From: Candidatus Omnitrophota bacterium
GTDB taxonomy: Bacteria > Omnitrophota > Gorgyraeia > Gygaellales > Gygaellaceae
Assembly: GCA_018400015.1 (NCBI GenBank)
Contig: JAGYNB010000001.1
Location: 70,815-134,814, forward strand
Reading direction: 5' to 3'
DNA: 64,000 bases
The position numbers and the translations under genes were made by a program. The notes beneath the pieces were generated by a model. It was not told the origin of the DNA, ran no database searches, and saw nothing but the letters and a program-made list of their open reading frames with translations. Positions 17,630-27,670 of this stretch are shown piece after piece; positions within the stretch are counted from its first letter, which is position 1; every line of letters begins with the position of its first letter.

Positions 17630-19358
17630 AAAATCGATATTTATTAAGATCTTCGGCGGTTATTTTTTGATTAGTTTGTTGCTGCTTTTTTCTTCTTTTA
17701 TACTTTCTTTTAATCTCAACAAGTCGTTTTATATTCATAATCTTACCAGCCAATTGGAAAATATAGGTATTGGCATATCAGGTCAGGTTATCGGTTTAGT
17801 CACTGCAAACAATAACCAAGAATTGAATGAATTGGTTAATGCTTTAGGTAGAGAAATCGAGACAAGAATTACCGTTATTGACAAAGACGGAGTGGTCTTG
17901 GCTGATTCCGAGTACAATAGCGGACTTATGGAAAATCATAATGACAGGTCGGAAATCATTATGGCTAAGAAAAACGGTTTTGGCAAAACGATAAGGTTTA
18001 GCGAAACAGTACAAAAAAATATGCTTTATGTTGCCTTGCCTTTAATTAATAATAAGCAAAGTATAGGAATATTAAGATTAAGTCTTTTTTTAAGCGAAAT
18101 TAACATCCTAATAAATCAATTAAGAGATAATATCGTTAAAGGTTTGATCGTTGCGTTATTATTATCGTTATTATTCGCCTATTTTATATCCAGAGGAATT
18201 TATAATCCCTTAAAGAAAATAAATATGGCGGCAAAAGATGTTGCATCTGGAAATCTTAAGGCAAAAGTTCTTTTAAAGAGTAAAGACGAGTTAGGAGAGC
18301 TATCTGAAAACTTTAATTATATGACTGAACGCATGGAGAGTCTTTTTAAAGAGCTTTCTTATCGTAAGGAGGAGCTGGATAGAATAATTACGTTTACTCC
18401 AGTTGGTTTGTTGGTGCTCGACGTGCAAGGCAGAATTTTATATAGTAACGATAAAGTAGAACATATTTGCGGCATGAGTGAAGTAAAAGGTTCGTATTTT
18501 TGGGAATTACTGCGTTCGAATAGGCTTACAGAGTTAGTAGAGAAGCTCCGTAAAGATAAAAGTAATTTTACCGAAGAAATAAATGTTGGGGCAAGGATAT
18601 TGTTGTGCAGCGGAAGTTATATTTCTGTTAAAAACGAAGTAGTTTTAAGCCTTTCCGATATTACCAAGATTAAAAATCTCGAGCTTATTAAAAAGGATTT
18701 CGTAGTCAATGTTTCTCATGAATTAAGGACTCCGCTTACAGCCATAAAGGGTTTCACGGAAACATTGCTTGAAATGCAGACTAAAGACAAGAATAAGCAT
18801 TACCTAGAAATAATCGCAAATCATACGGATAGGCTTATTAGTATTGTTAATGATTTGCTGGTATTATCTCAACTGGAAAACAAAGACGATATATTAGAAA
18901 AGGAAGATATTGACTTGAGATTGTTATTTGGCGATATTATTAAAATTTTTTCGAAGAAAATTAATGATAAGAATCTGGAATATAATATTAAATTAAACGG
19001 CAGCGATTTTACAATTAATGCCGATAAGTTTAAAATCGAACAGCTTTTCATTAATTTATTAGATAATGCAATTAAATATACCAATAAAGGAAGCATCGTA
19101 GTAGATATAGAAAGTTTAAAAGATTCTTTAGATGTTAAGATTATCGATTCTGGAATTGGTATTCCTCAAGAGAATTTGGAAAGAATCTTCGAAAGATTTT
19201 ATGTTGTTAATAAGTCACGTTCGAGAAAAGTAGGCGGTACAGGTTTAGGTTTGTCTATTGTAAAGCACATCGTTAATCTCCATAACGGTGTTATCGCTGT
19301 CGAAAGCTCTCCTGATAAGGGTTCAGTATTCAAAATTACCCTTCCTAAACGGGTCTAA
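17619..19358 (+). CDS. phoR: Sensor histidine kinase (PhoR-like; TM, HAMP, PAS, HisKA, HATPase)
   Basis: It has an H-box (VSHELRTPLTAI) and N, G1 and G2 boxes (LLDNAIKYT, DSGIGIP, GGTGLGLSIV). Confidence 0.7.
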   Translation: MKNKKSIFIKIFGGYFLISLLLLFSSFILSFNLNKSFYIHNLTSQLENIGIGISGQVIGLVTANNNQELNELVNALGREIETRITVIDKDGVVLADSEYNSGLMENHNDRSEIIMAKKNGFGKTIRFSETVQKNMLYVALPLINNKQSIGILRLSLFLSEINILINQLRDNIVKGLIVALLLSLLFAYFISRGIYNPLKKINMAAKDVASGNLKAKVLLKSKDELGELSENFNYMTERMESLFKELSYRKEELDRIITFTPVGLLVLDVQGRILYSNDKVEHICGMSEVKGSYFWELLRSNRLTELVEKLRKDKSNFTEEINVGARILLCSGSYISVKNEVVLSLSDITKIKNLELIKKDFVVNVSHELRTPLTAIKGFTETLLEMQTKDKNKHYLEIIANHTDRLISIVNDLLVLSQLENKDDILEKEDIDLRLLFGDIIKIFSKKINDKNLEYNIKLNGSDFTINADKFKIEQLFINLLDNAIKYTNKGSIVVDIESLKDSLDVKIIDSGIGIPQENLERIFERFYVVNKSRSRKVGGTGLGLSIVKHIVNLHNGVIAVESSPDKGSVFKITLPKRV

Positions 19359-19400
19359 AATCATAAAAAAATAAATTTTTTTATTTTTTCTTCGCTCTCT

Positions 19401-19423
19401 AACCATTTGGTAAACAAATGGTT
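19401..19423. repeat. Perfect 9-bp inverted repeat AACCATTTG-5-CAAATGGTT after the phoR stop
   Basis: I read it directly in the sequence. It is an AT-rich stem with no immediate T-run, so it is either a weak terminator or a protein-binding site. Confidence 0.3.
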
Positions 19424-19431
19424 GCGAATCG

Positions 19432-19496
19432 TTTTAATATTATTAACCATAAATTAACAATTCCTTTATACATATTTAATACAAATATTTTATACT
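19432..19496 (+). promoter_or_regulatory. Pho-box-like array of TT(A/T)A(C/T)A hexamers at 11-bp periodicity, ending in a TATACT -10
   Basis: The hexamers are TTTTAA (19432), TTAACC (19443), TTAACA (19454), TTTATA (19465) and TTAATA (19476), spaced exactly 11 bp. TATACT follows at 19491-19496, and there is no -35 hexamer. This is the Bacillus PhoP-box architecture: TT(A/T/C)ACA repeats in place of the -35. Confidence 0.4.
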
Positions 19497-19503
19497 TTCA
19501 GTG

Positions 19504-19692
19504 ATGAAAAAAGAAATTACAAATCACAAGAAAGAGATACTGGTTTCATTCTTGAATAACCAGATCAGGGATTTAAGAGATTTTGTGTTTGCTATCGAAT
19601 CTGAAGACAGCTGGGAAAATGAGGCAATAACTTCATTTTTTAGTAGCAAAACTAAATTAGAAAAAAGTTTATTAAACAATCTCTTAAACTAA
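19504..19692 (+). CDS. Small hypothetical ORF (about 62 aa), possibly leaderless or leader-encoded
   Basis: The ATG lies 7 nt after the TATACT -10, and there is no SD. It could be non-coding leader. Confidence 0.2.
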   Translation: MKKEITNHKKEILVSFLNNQIRDLRDFVFAIESEDSWENEAITSFFSSKTKLEKSLLNNLLN

Positions 19693-19702
19693 AGTAAGAA
19701 AA

Positions 19703-20056
19703 ATGATCAATAATCATAATTCAATAAGGCAAGGAGGCAACATATGCGATTTTAAAAAACATTTTTTTAGTTCAACTGGTCTATCTTTTAGAGCAGAAAA
19801 TAAAGAAACTTTTTGGGAAGGAGCATTTCTTAGCAACAATCCCCTAAAAGTGGATTCAGTGCCAGAAAAAGAAGCAGATAATCAAAAAAGCATAATAAAG
19901 ATGATGAATATAATTACTGCGGATTTAATGAAGTCAAAGCAGATAATTGAAGAAGATAATAGTGCTTTTAGGAATTATCTGTTTGCATTATTGGCCAATA
20001 CGGAAGTAAGAATTAGATATTTGATAAAACTTTTAAGAGAAAGAGGAGAAAGATGA
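19703..20056 (+). CDS. Hypothetical 117-aa ORF in the porin/pst leader
   Basis: The ORF is open and its stop overlaps the porin ATG, but its RBS is poor. A perfect AAGGAGG SD inside it, at 19731-19737, serves a different frame. Confidence 0.25.
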   Translation: MINNHNSIRQGGNICDFKKHFFSSTGLSFRAENKETFWEGAFLSNNPLKVDSVPEKEADNQKSIIKMMNIITADLMKSKQIIEEDNSAFRNYLFALLANTEVRIRYLIKLLRERGER

Positions 20057-21291
20057 AAAAAATAAGCAGCTTTTTTATTTTGTTTGCATTTTTAATGGGG
20101 ATGAATTTTTATGCAAACAATGCAGTTGCAGGAGAGATAGATATTTTGATTAATAAACTTGTCGATAAGGGAATTCTTTCCCATGGGGAAGCCCAGCAGG
20201 TTCTTACTGAAACTAAAGAGGAAATAAGAGCAAATATTGCAAGCGGTAAAGAGGATTCATTACCAGTGTGGATACAAAATTCGAAATTAAAGGGAGATTT
20301 TAGATTGCGCTATCAATATGACGATAAGAAAAATGATTCTAAATCAGGCCGTAATAGAGCCAGGATCAGATATCGTTTAGGAGTGGAGTCTAAGGTAAAT
20401 GATTCTTTAAAGGTAGCAGCCGGACTTGCTTCAGGCGGAAGCGATCCGCGTTCAACGAATCAGACTTTTCAGGATACATTTTCCACCAAAGGGATTAATT
20501 TAGATTATGCATACCTAGATTATAATGCAGCACCATGGGCTAAAGTTCAAGCTGGAAAAATGCCCAGGAAAGCCGTTCTTTGGGAGCCGACCGATTTGTT
20601 ATGGGACGGAGATATAAATCCTGAAGGTGCAGCGTTAATGTTATCAAGGAGTTTATCTGGTATAGATTTATTCTTGAATTCCGGTTTTTTTGTTTTGGAT
20701 GAATCAAGCAGTGCATCAAATGAGCCTTATATGGCTTATATCCAGCCAGGGGTGAGTGTTAAGATCGGTGGTAGTAGTAAACTTAAGTTTGCCCTTACCA
20801 ATTATCTGATAAATTCCAAAGGCTATGATATAGATAATTCCGCAGATTCAAACACTAAAACAAGTTCAACGTTACATAAGTATAATTACGATGCCATAAG
20901 TCCTGCTTTTGAATTAGACACTAAAGAGCCTTTTGGCGGAATAGTTCCTTATGCAGGGTTATTTGCCGAATACGTGAATGCGTACGACCCATCGGATAAT
21001 AATAGCGGTTGGGCAACTGGATTTAAGTTTGGTTCGGAAAAAGTAGCCAAAAACGGAGATTGGCAGTTTAAGTATATATATAGGAAGCTAGGCAAAGACG
21101 CATTTCTAGACGCCTTACCGGATTCAGATGCCTATGGCGGAGATACGGGGGTTAAAGGCCATGAGGGAATTTTTCAATACGGTTTAAGTAAAAACGTTAC
21201 CTTTGGTTTGGATTATTACAACATGAAACCAATAGCGGATTCAAACAGCCGCCAGCATGTAATACAAGCTGATATTGTGTGCAAATTTTAA
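20053..21291 (+). CDS. Outer-membrane beta-barrel porin, candidate phosphate-selective porin of the Pho regulon
   Basis: It has a signal peptide and alternating amphipathic beta-strand-like segments, and the C-terminal residue is Phe. It lies immediately upstream of pstS and has a strong RBS (GAGGAGAAAG). Confidence 0.5.
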   Translation: MKKISSFFILFAFLMGMNFYANNAVAGEIDILINKLVDKGILSHGEAQQVLTETKEEIRANIASGKEDSLPVWIQNSKLKGDFRLRYQYDDKKNDSKSGRNRARIRYRLGVESKVNDSLKVAAGLASGGSDPRSTNQTFQDTFSTKGINLDYAYLDYNAAPWAKVQAGKMPRKAVLWEPTDLLWDGDINPEGAALMLSRSLSGIDLFLNSGFFVLDESSSASNEPYMAYIQPGVSVKIGGSSKLKFALTNYLINSKGYDIDNSADSNTKTSSTLHKYNYDAISPAFELDTKEPFGGIVPYAGLFAEYVNAYDPSDNNSGWATGFKFGSEKVAKNGDWQFKYIYRKLGKDAFLDALPDSDAYGGDTGVKGHEGIFQYGLSKNVTFGLDYYNMKPIADSNSRQHVIQADIVCKF

Positions 21292-21311
21292 TTGTGAAAG
21301 GAGAAATTATA

Positions 21312-22127
21312 ATGAGAAGCATAGGAAAAGTGTTTTTGTTGGCAAGTTTTATAATATGTAGTTTTGGATTCAAGGTTTTTGCCGAGTCAATAACGATTAA
21401 AGGATCAACCACTGTTTTACCAATTGCCCAGGCATGCGCGGAAGAGTATATGAACCGGAATCCGCAGGCTGATATTTCAGTTCAAGGCGGCGGTTCCAGT
21501 GTAGGTATTGCGGCGATTTTAGATGGCACTACTGACATTGCCGATGCGTCAAGAGAAATTAAAGATAAAGAGTTGGATAAGGCTGCTTCTTATGGTATCA
21601 AGCCAAAGGCCCATGTTGTTGCTATGGATGGTATTGTTTTGATTGTCCATCCTAAAAACAACATAAGCGAATTAAGCAAAGCCCAATTAAAGGATATATT
21701 TACAGGTAAGGTTTCCTTTTGGTCAGGGGTTAGTGGTTCTTCTAATAAAATAGTGCCTATATCCAGAGATAGCTCAAGCGGAACATTCGAAGCCTTTAAT
21801 AAATTGGTTCTTGATGGGGCAAAGGTTAGGCCTGATGCATTACTACAGGCTTCCAATCAGGCAGTTGTTTCTGTGGTATCAAGAACTCCGGGAGCAATCG
21901 GTTATGTGGGCTTAGGTTATGTTAATTCTTCGGTGAAGACGCTTGTTGTAGATAGTGTAAAAGCTACAAAAGAAACGGTTCTTTCCGGGGAATATCCTGT
22001 ATCAAGGCCTTTATTTATGTATACTAATGGTTCACCTAAGGGTCTGGTTAAGGATTTTATTGAGTTTGTGAAAGGCAAAGATGGTCAAGCGATAGCAGAA
22101 AGAGAAGGTTTTGTAGGGCTGAGATAG
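21312..22127 (+). CDS. pstS: Phosphate ABC transporter substrate-binding protein
   Basis: It has a signal peptide, and IKGSTTVLPIAQACAEEYM follows the PstS fold pattern. I chose the start at the ATG 8 nt after AAAGGAG rather than the ORF-track 21279. Confidence 0.85.
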   Translation: MRSIGKVFLLASFIICSFGFKVFAESITIKGSTTVLPIAQACAEEYMNRNPQADISVQGGGSSVGIAAILDGTTDIADASREIKDKELDKAASYGIKPKAHVVAMDGIVLIVHPKNNISELSKAQLKDIFTGKVSFWSGVSGSSNKIVPISRDSSSGTFEAFNKLVLDGAKVRPDALLQASNQAVVSVVSRTPGAIGYVGLGYVNSSVKTLVVDSVKATKETVLSGEYPVSRPLFMYTNGSPKGLVKDFIEFVKGKDGQAIAEREGFVGLR

Positions 22128-22152
22128 ATATTATCATTTGGCTCTACCTCCG

Positions 22153-22181
22153 GACACGGCAGGAGATAATCTTGCCGTGTC
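22153..22181 (+). terminator. pstS-pstC intergenic hairpin (8-bp GC-rich stem GACACGGC/GCCGTGTC), a likely partial terminator or attenuator
   Basis: It is a perfect inverted repeat followed by TTAATTAAT, positioned like the pstS-distal hairpin in other pst operons. Confidence 0.4.
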
Positions 22182-22201
22182 TTAATTAATAGCATAATAA
22201 A

Positions 22202-23083
22202 ATGAGAATTAAAGAGACAATTTACAAATGGATTTTTACAATTTTTGCGTTTGCATCTTTGTTGTTTCTTGTTGGAATAGTCGTAGTGCTTTTTAAAGAA
22301 GGCCTTCCAATTTTTAAACATGTGAAGCTTGTTGCTTTTTTGTTCGGTAAATCTTGGTATCCGACATATGAACCGGCTGAATACGGAATTTTACCTCTTA
22401 TAATGGGTTCTGTTTGGGTAACGGTTGGGGCAGTGTTGGTATCTGTGCCGTTGGGTGTGGGGAGCGCGCTTTATTTGGATGAATTGGCAAGCTATAAACA
22501 GAAAGCAATTTTAAAACCTATTATTGAGATATTAGCCAGCATACCATCGATAGTATTTGGTTTTTTTGGTATGGTAATAGTAGCGCCTTTAATCCAGAGG
22601 ATTTTTAAGTTGCCGGTAGGACTTTGTGCTTTGACTGCCAGTATTATTTTAGGGGTTATGGCAATACCGACTATTTGTAGCCTTGCTGAAGATGCCTTAA
22701 GTTATGTTCCTAGGTCTTTTCGCGAAGCATCTTTTGCACTTGGTGCAAATAGGTGGCAAACGCTTACAAAGGTTGTTGTTCCGGCAGCAGGCTCTGGTGT
22801 ATCCACATCCATAATATTGGGGGTAAGCAGAATTGTTGGTGAAACTATGACTGTTCTTATGGTATCAGGTGGTGCGGCAATGATTCCCGTTTCTTTTTTC
22901 CAGCCGGTAAGACCGATGACGGCTACTATTGCTGCAGAGATGGGAGAAGCGGCTATGGGAAGTGCGCATTACCACGCTTTGTTTGCGATAGGGCTTATAT
23001 TATTTTTGGTTACTTTAGTATTTAATATTATAGCTGAATTGATCAGCCGGCGGTTCAGGATAAAACTAGGTCTTAATAGATGA
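22202..23083 (+). CDS. pstC: Phosphate ABC transporter permease
   Basis: It has six TM helices and the permease EAA-like loop, at PstC position in the operon. Confidence 0.85.
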   Translation: MRIKETIYKWIFTIFAFASLLFLVGIVVVLFKEGLPIFKHVKLVAFLFGKSWYPTYEPAEYGILPLIMGSVWVTVGAVLVSVPLGVGSALYLDELASYKQKAILKPIIEILASIPSIVFGFFGMVIVAPLIQRIFKLPVGLCALTASIILGVMAIPTICSLAEDALSYVPRSFREASFALGANRWQTLTKVVVPAAGSGVSTSIILGVSRIVGETMTVLMVSGGAAMIPVSFFQPVRPMTATIAAEMGEAAMGSAHYHALFAIGLILFLVTLVFNIIAELISRRFRIKLGLNR

Positions 23084-23931
23084 AAAAAGACAATATACAG
23101 AATTTAGGTTTTTTAGTGTTATTTTTATGCATTGTTATAACCCTATTTTTTCTTGGGACAATAATATTTTTTGTAGTAGTAAGGGGTGCAAAAGTTATAA
23201 GTTTATCTTTTTTGTTTGAAGCTCCACGCAGGGCCATGACAGAAGGTGGCGTTGCACCAGCAATAATAGGCACTTTTTATCTTACGCTTGGCGCGATTAT
23301 ATTCGCTTTGCCTTTAGGCGTGGCTTGTGCAATTTATCTTTGTGAATATAGTCCGAAAAGTTTTGTGGTCAATATAATACGCATGAGCATAAACAACTTA
23401 GCAGGTGTTCCTTCTGTGGTGTTTGGGTTGTTTGGATTGGCTGTTTTTGTAAAGTTTTTTAATTTTGGGGTATCTATACTTTCAGGGAGTTTAACTCTTG
23501 GGATATTGGTTCTTCCATCGATCATATCTGCTTCTCAGGAAGCCCTATTGGCAGTTCCCCGCTCTATAAGGGAAGCATCGTTATCGCTAGGCGCTTCTTC
23601 ATGGCAGACGATAAAAAAGATAGTTATTCCCACGGCTTTACCGGGGATACTTACCGGTGTGATTTTAAGTATCGGTAGAATTGCCGGAGAGACAGCACCG
23701 ATAATGTTCACGGCAGCAACTTTTTATATAAAGAAATATCCAAGCTCGATATTCTCAGAAGTAATGGTTTTACCTTATCATATCTATGCGCTCATGACAG
23801 AAGGAACGCATCCTGATAAACAAACAGCTATTGCTTATGGGTGTGCTTTAATATTATTAATACTGGTTTTGTTTGTTTCTGCACTAGCTATTGTAATTAG
23901 ACAAAGACAGAGGAGTTATCATCATGCATAA
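23080..23931 (+). CDS. pstA: Phosphate ABC transporter permease
   Basis: It is a second permease with [10 protein letters not shown] and a conserved loop. Confidence 0.85.
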   Translation: MKKDNIQNLGFLVLFLCIVITLFFLGTIIFFVVVRGAKVISLSFLFEAPRRAMTEGGVAPAIIGTFYLTLGAIIFALPLGVACAIYLCEYSPKSFVVNIIRMSINNLAGVPSVVFGLFGLAVFVKFFNFGVSILSGSLTLGILVLPSIISASQEALLAVPRSIREASLSLGASSWQTIKKIVIPTALPGILTGVILSIGRIAGETAPIMFTAATFYIKKYPSSIFSEVMVLPYHIYALMTEGTHPDKQTAIAYGCALILLILVLFVSALAIVIRQRQRSYHHA

Positions 23932-24685
23932 TGGTACAAGGATAAAAATAAGTAATGTCTCTTTTTATTACGGTAATTTAAAGGTTCTTTCAAATATCAG
24001 CATGGATATTTATAAGAATCAGGTTACGGCCATTATCGGGCCGTCAGGCTGCGGGAAATCGACTTTTATAAGGCTTTTAAACAGGATGAACGATCTTATA
24101 ACTAAAAGTAAGTTAGAAGGAAGTATTTATCTTGATAATAAAGATATATACAAAGCTAAAGAAGACGTTGTTGCAATAAGAAGGCTTGTAGGTATGGTTT
24201 TTCAAAAACCCAATCCTTTCCCTAAAAGTATATATGAGAATGTTGCTTATGGGCTAGAGGTTAATAATATAAAAGACAAGGCATTTATTGAACATAGGGT
24301 TATTGAATCATTACGAAAGGCAGCGCTTTGGAATGAAGTAAAGGATAGGTTGCATGATAGTGCGTTAAAACTTTCCGGCGGCCAGCAGCAGAGACTTTGT
24401 ATAGCCAGATGTTTGGCGGTTGACCCGGAAGTGATCTTGTTTGATGAGCCTTGCGCAAGTTTAGACCCCGTATCTACAAAAAAGATCGAAGAGTTGATTT
24501 TAGAATTGAAAAGCGATTATACGATTGTTATCGTAACCCATAATATGCAGCAGGCGGCAAGGGTATCAGATTTCACAGCTTTTTTATATCTCGGAGAACT
24601 TGTAGAATTTGGGCACACAGAAAAGATATTTACCGTCCCTAAAAACAAAAAGACTGAAGAGTATTTAACGGGAAAGTTTGGTTAA
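23924..24685 (+). CDS. pstB: Phosphate ABC transporter ATP-binding protein
   Basis: It has Walker A (GPSGCGKST), the signature LSGGQQQR and Walker B (ILFDEP). Confidence 0.9.
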   Translation: MHNGTRIKISNVSFYYGNLKVLSNISMDIYKNQVTAIIGPSGCGKSTFIRLLNRMNDLITKSKLEGSIYLDNKDIYKAKEDVVAIRRLVGMVFQKPNPFPKSIYENVAYGLEVNNIKDKAFIEHRVIESLRKAALWNEVKDRLHDSALKLSGGQQQRLCIARCLAVDPEVILFDEPCASLDPVSTKKIEELILELKSDYTIVIVTHNMQQAARVSDFTAFLYLGELVEFGHTEKIFTVPKNKKTEEYLTGKFG

Positions 24686-24703
24686 TTCAATAAGGAGGAT
24701 GAT

Positions 24704-25357
24704 ATGTTAGAAGAGAAAATAACAGAATTAAAAAAAGAAATAGTCAGTTACGCCAGTTTAGTTGAGGGGATGATCGCTAAAGGTATAGACGGGTTTGTTA
24801 ATAAAAAAAGCGAACAGATTAAAACAGTAATAGAAAAAGAAGAAGTTAAAGCCAACAATTTTGAAATATCTATGGATGAATTGTGTACTAGTCTCATCGC
24901 TCAGTTCCAGCCCAGGGCTAGAGATCTGCGTTTTATTCTAATGATACTTAAAATTAATAATGATTTAGAAAGAATGGCCGATCATGCAGTAAATATTTCC
25001 CAAAGTGCGGCTTTTTTAATTGAAAAACCAATGGTAAAGCGTTTGATTGATATCCCCAAGATGAGTGAGGTGGTGATAGCTATGTTAAAAGAAAGTATTA
25101 CCGCTTTAATAAAAGAAGATGTTGCTTTGGCTAAAGATGTATGTGCAAAAGATAGTTTGGTTGACGATTTGCGTGATCAGATTATTAGAGAACTGATAAC
25201 CTTTATGGTTTCTGATTCATCCACCATCCAGAGAAGTCTGCATATATTGCGCGTAGCTACCAATTTAGAGCGTATTGCAGATCTCTCTACAAATATCTGC
25301 GAAGATATAATTTTTATGGTTGAAGGTAAGATAATTAAACATCATCATCAAGATTAG
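24704..25357 (+). CDS. phoU: Phosphate signalling complex protein PhoU
   Basis: It has the PhoU two-repeat helical architecture (NNDLERMADHAVNI ... ATNLERIADLSTNI). Confidence 0.85.
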   Translation: MLEEKITELKKEIVSYASLVEGMIAKGIDGFVNKKSEQIKTVIEKEEVKANNFEISMDELCTSLIAQFQPRARDLRFILMILKINNDLERMADHAVNISQSAAFLIEKPMVKRLIDIPKMSEVVIAMLKESITALIKEDVALAKDVCAKDSLVDDLRDQIIRELITFMVSDSSTIQRSLHILRVATNLERIADLSTNICEDIIFMVEGKIIKHHHQD

Positions 25358-25422
25358 CAATATGTAGTTATTCCCTTTAACTTTTGAAACCGATATCTAG
25401 ATCCCAATATATTAATTATTCA

Positions 25423-25451
25423 TTGAAGTACTCTTTATAAACAGATATAAT
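25423..25451 (+). promoter_or_regulatory. Sigma70-like promoter TTGAAG-17-TATAAT upstream of the moxR operon
   Basis: I read the hexamers and 17-bp spacing directly. An AAGGAGG RBS lies 5 nt before the ATG at 25495. Confidence 0.35.
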
Positions 25452-25494
25452 TGTTTAGGGTAGTTTAAAATTTCTAACTCTATAAGGAGGAATT

Positions 25495-26421
25495 ATGGAT
25501 AATTCTAAGATAAAGGACTTATTAGATAATATTGAGAAAGTCATCGTCGGTAAGACCGAGAAAATAAAGTTTTTGATCACAGGGCTTCTTACCAATAGCC
25601 ATGTTTTGATTGAGGATGTTCCCGGTCTTGGCAAGACAATGCTTGCCTTATCATTATCTAAGTCAGTATCGGGAAAATTCAAAAGAATTCAGTTTACCCC
25701 GGATTTATTGCCTTCGGATGTTACCGGAGGTTATGTTTATAATCCTAAGTCTGGCGAGTTTGACTTCAGAGAAGGCCCGATATTCGCCAATATCGTTTTA
25801 TCCGATGAAATCAATAGAACAACACCTAGAACTCAGTCAGCGTTATTAGAATGTATGCAGGAATATAAAGCTACAATCGACGGAAAAACATTTATACTTC
25901 CTCAGCCCTTTATGGTTATTGCTACGCAAAACCCCATTGAGTACCAAGGTACTTATCCACTTCCTGAAGCGCAGGTGGATAGATTTTTAATGAAAATTAA
26001 TATGGGTTATCCTACCGAAGAAGAAGAGGTAAAGGTTATATCAGGTCAAAAGCAGGTTCATCCAGTGGAGACTCTTAGTGCGGTAATGAGTTTAGAAGAA
26101 GTGGTTAAACTTCAGGAGGAAGTTAAAAGAGTACAGGTTATGCCAAATATTTTAAACTATATCGTAAAGATAATTTCACTTACCAGAAAAAGAGATGATA
26201 TCAAAGTAGGCGCCAGCCCCAGGGCATCGATATCTTTGATGAAAGCAAGCTGTGCTTGGGCTTTTATTGAGGGAAGAGATTATGTTATTCCTGATGATGT
26301 CACTAAACTTGCCACTTGGATACTTCAGCATAGGATAAGTCTTGAACCAAAGTCACTTATCGTAGGCAAAACCGCAGAAATGGTGATAGCGGAAATCATT
26401 AAAGAGATACCTATTCCTTAA
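25495..26421 (+). CDS. moxR: MoxR-family AAA+ ATPase
   Basis: It has Walker A (DVPGLGKT), Walker B (LSDEINR), and MoxR-typical length and order. Confidence 0.85.
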   Translation: MDNSKIKDLLDNIEKVIVGKTEKIKFLITGLLTNSHVLIEDVPGLGKTMLALSLSKSVSGKFKRIQFTPDLLPSDVTGGYVYNPKSGEFDFREGPIFANIVLSDEINRTTPRTQSALLECMQEYKATIDGKTFILPQPFMVIATQNPIEYQGTYPLPEAQVDRFLMKINMGYPTEEEEVKVISGQKQVHPVETLSAVMSLEEVVKLQEEVKRVQVMPNILNYIVKIISLTRKRDDIKVGASPRASISLMKASCAWAFIEGRDYVIPDDVTKLATWILQHRISLEPKSLIVGKTAEMVIAEIIKEIPIP

Positions 26422-26425
26422 ATAA

Positions 26426-27670
26426 ATGCTTAAGATATTCATTAAAAAATGGATATTTATCTTTTTTCTCCTTTTATTTAGCCTTATCGGTTCTTTAAAA
26501 AGCCATATTGCTTTTTTTAATATATTTTTTTGGATTCTTTTATCGATTATTTTCCTGGAACTATTCTGGGTAAGTTTAGCTTATTTTACCGCCCGTTTTA
26601 GTTTTGAAAGAAACCTTCCCTATAAAAGTGTAGAAGACGATACGATTACAATCAAAACAAATGTTATAAACAAGACGATATTGCCGTTTTTTAATCTTGT
26701 TTTGGAGGATTATGTTTATTGTGAGGAGCCCACAAGACAAAAACATACCACAATGTTTGAATTTATTGGACCCAAGAAAATACTTACATTGACCTACAGA
26801 TGTTTTTGTTATAAAAGAGGCAGATATAATATTGGTCCTTTGAAAGTTTTTTTCTTTGGTCCCTTTGGTCTATTGTTTTTTAAAAGAAAGTACGAAGTAT
26901 TTTCAGAAATATACATATATCCCAAGACATTCACTATTCATAAATTAGGGCCGTTAACCAAAGGTATTGCGCCTTGGTTTGGCATTGAAACCAGCCGTGT
27001 AAGCGGAGATGACGATGAGTTTTTTGGTGTCCGTGAGTATAAAAGCGGTGATCCGATAAAAAAGATTCATTGGGCGACAACTGCAAAGAAAAACCAGCTT
27101 ATCGTGAAGGAATTTCAAAGACAAAGTTTCTATAGAGCGAGTATTATTTTTAATCTTGAAAGACAGACTAATTATGGCACAGGACGCGAGAGAGTTGCCG
27201 AGTATATGATAAAACTTGCCGCTTCGATTGCCAAATACCTTACATTGAGAGGGGTTTCTTTTGAAGTTATCTCCCATACTCAGGAGACGGTCCATGTACC
27301 TTTTAATAAGGGTGAAAATCATCTGGAAGAGGTAATGAAGTTTTTAACTATCGCACAAGCTGAGAGTGCCGTAAGTCTGCGCGAGATTTTTGAAGAGTTT
27401 TCCAAACGCCTACCTAACGATTCCAGTATGATTGCGATTATGCAGGATAGTGACTGGGAATGTCTTCCCGCGATGATGTCTTTAAAGCTCAGGAACATAT
27501 CGCTTTTACCGATAATATTGGTTTCGTCAAGCTTTAAAGAAAAAAAAGATATTGAAGAAAGCGAACGTGAAACAAAACTAAATGTATCCAAGACAATCGA
27601 TTTTGTGCCCATATTTGTCAGTCGCGGGGATAATTTCGAAGAAATATTTTTATCAAGCAACATTAAATGA
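26426..27670 (+). CDS. DUF58 (vWA-like) protein with N-terminal TM helices
   Basis: REYKSGDPIKKIHWATTAKKNQLIVKEF matches the DUF58 core. It is the standard second gene after moxR. Confidence 0.7.
   Translation: MLKIFIKKWIFIFFLLLFSLIGSLKSHIAFFNIFFWILLSIIFLELFWVSLAYFTARFSFERNLPYKSVEDDTITIKTNVINKTILPFFNLVLEDYVYCEEPTRQKHTTMFEFIGPKKILTLTYRCFCYKRGRYNIGPLKVFFFGPFGLLFFKRKYEVFSEIYIYPKTFTIHKLGPLTKGIAPWFGIETSRVSGDDDEFFGVREYKSGDPIKKIHWATTAKKNQLIVKEFQRQSFYRASIIFNLERQTNYGTGRERVAEYMIKLAASIAKYLTLRGVSFEVISHTQETVHVPFNKGENHLEEVMKFLTIAQAESAVSLREIFEEFSKRLPNDSSMIAIMQDSDWECLPAMMSLKLRNISLLPIILVSSSFKEKKDIEESERETKLNVSKTIDFVPIFVSRGDNFEEIFLSSNIK

Noticed and set aside
21279-21311. Upstream extension of pstS (MQILIVKGEII...) given by the ORF track
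   Set aside because: The extension overlaps the porin 3' end and lacks an RBS. The ATG at 21312 has AAAGGAG 8 nt upstream and is followed by a typical signal peptide.
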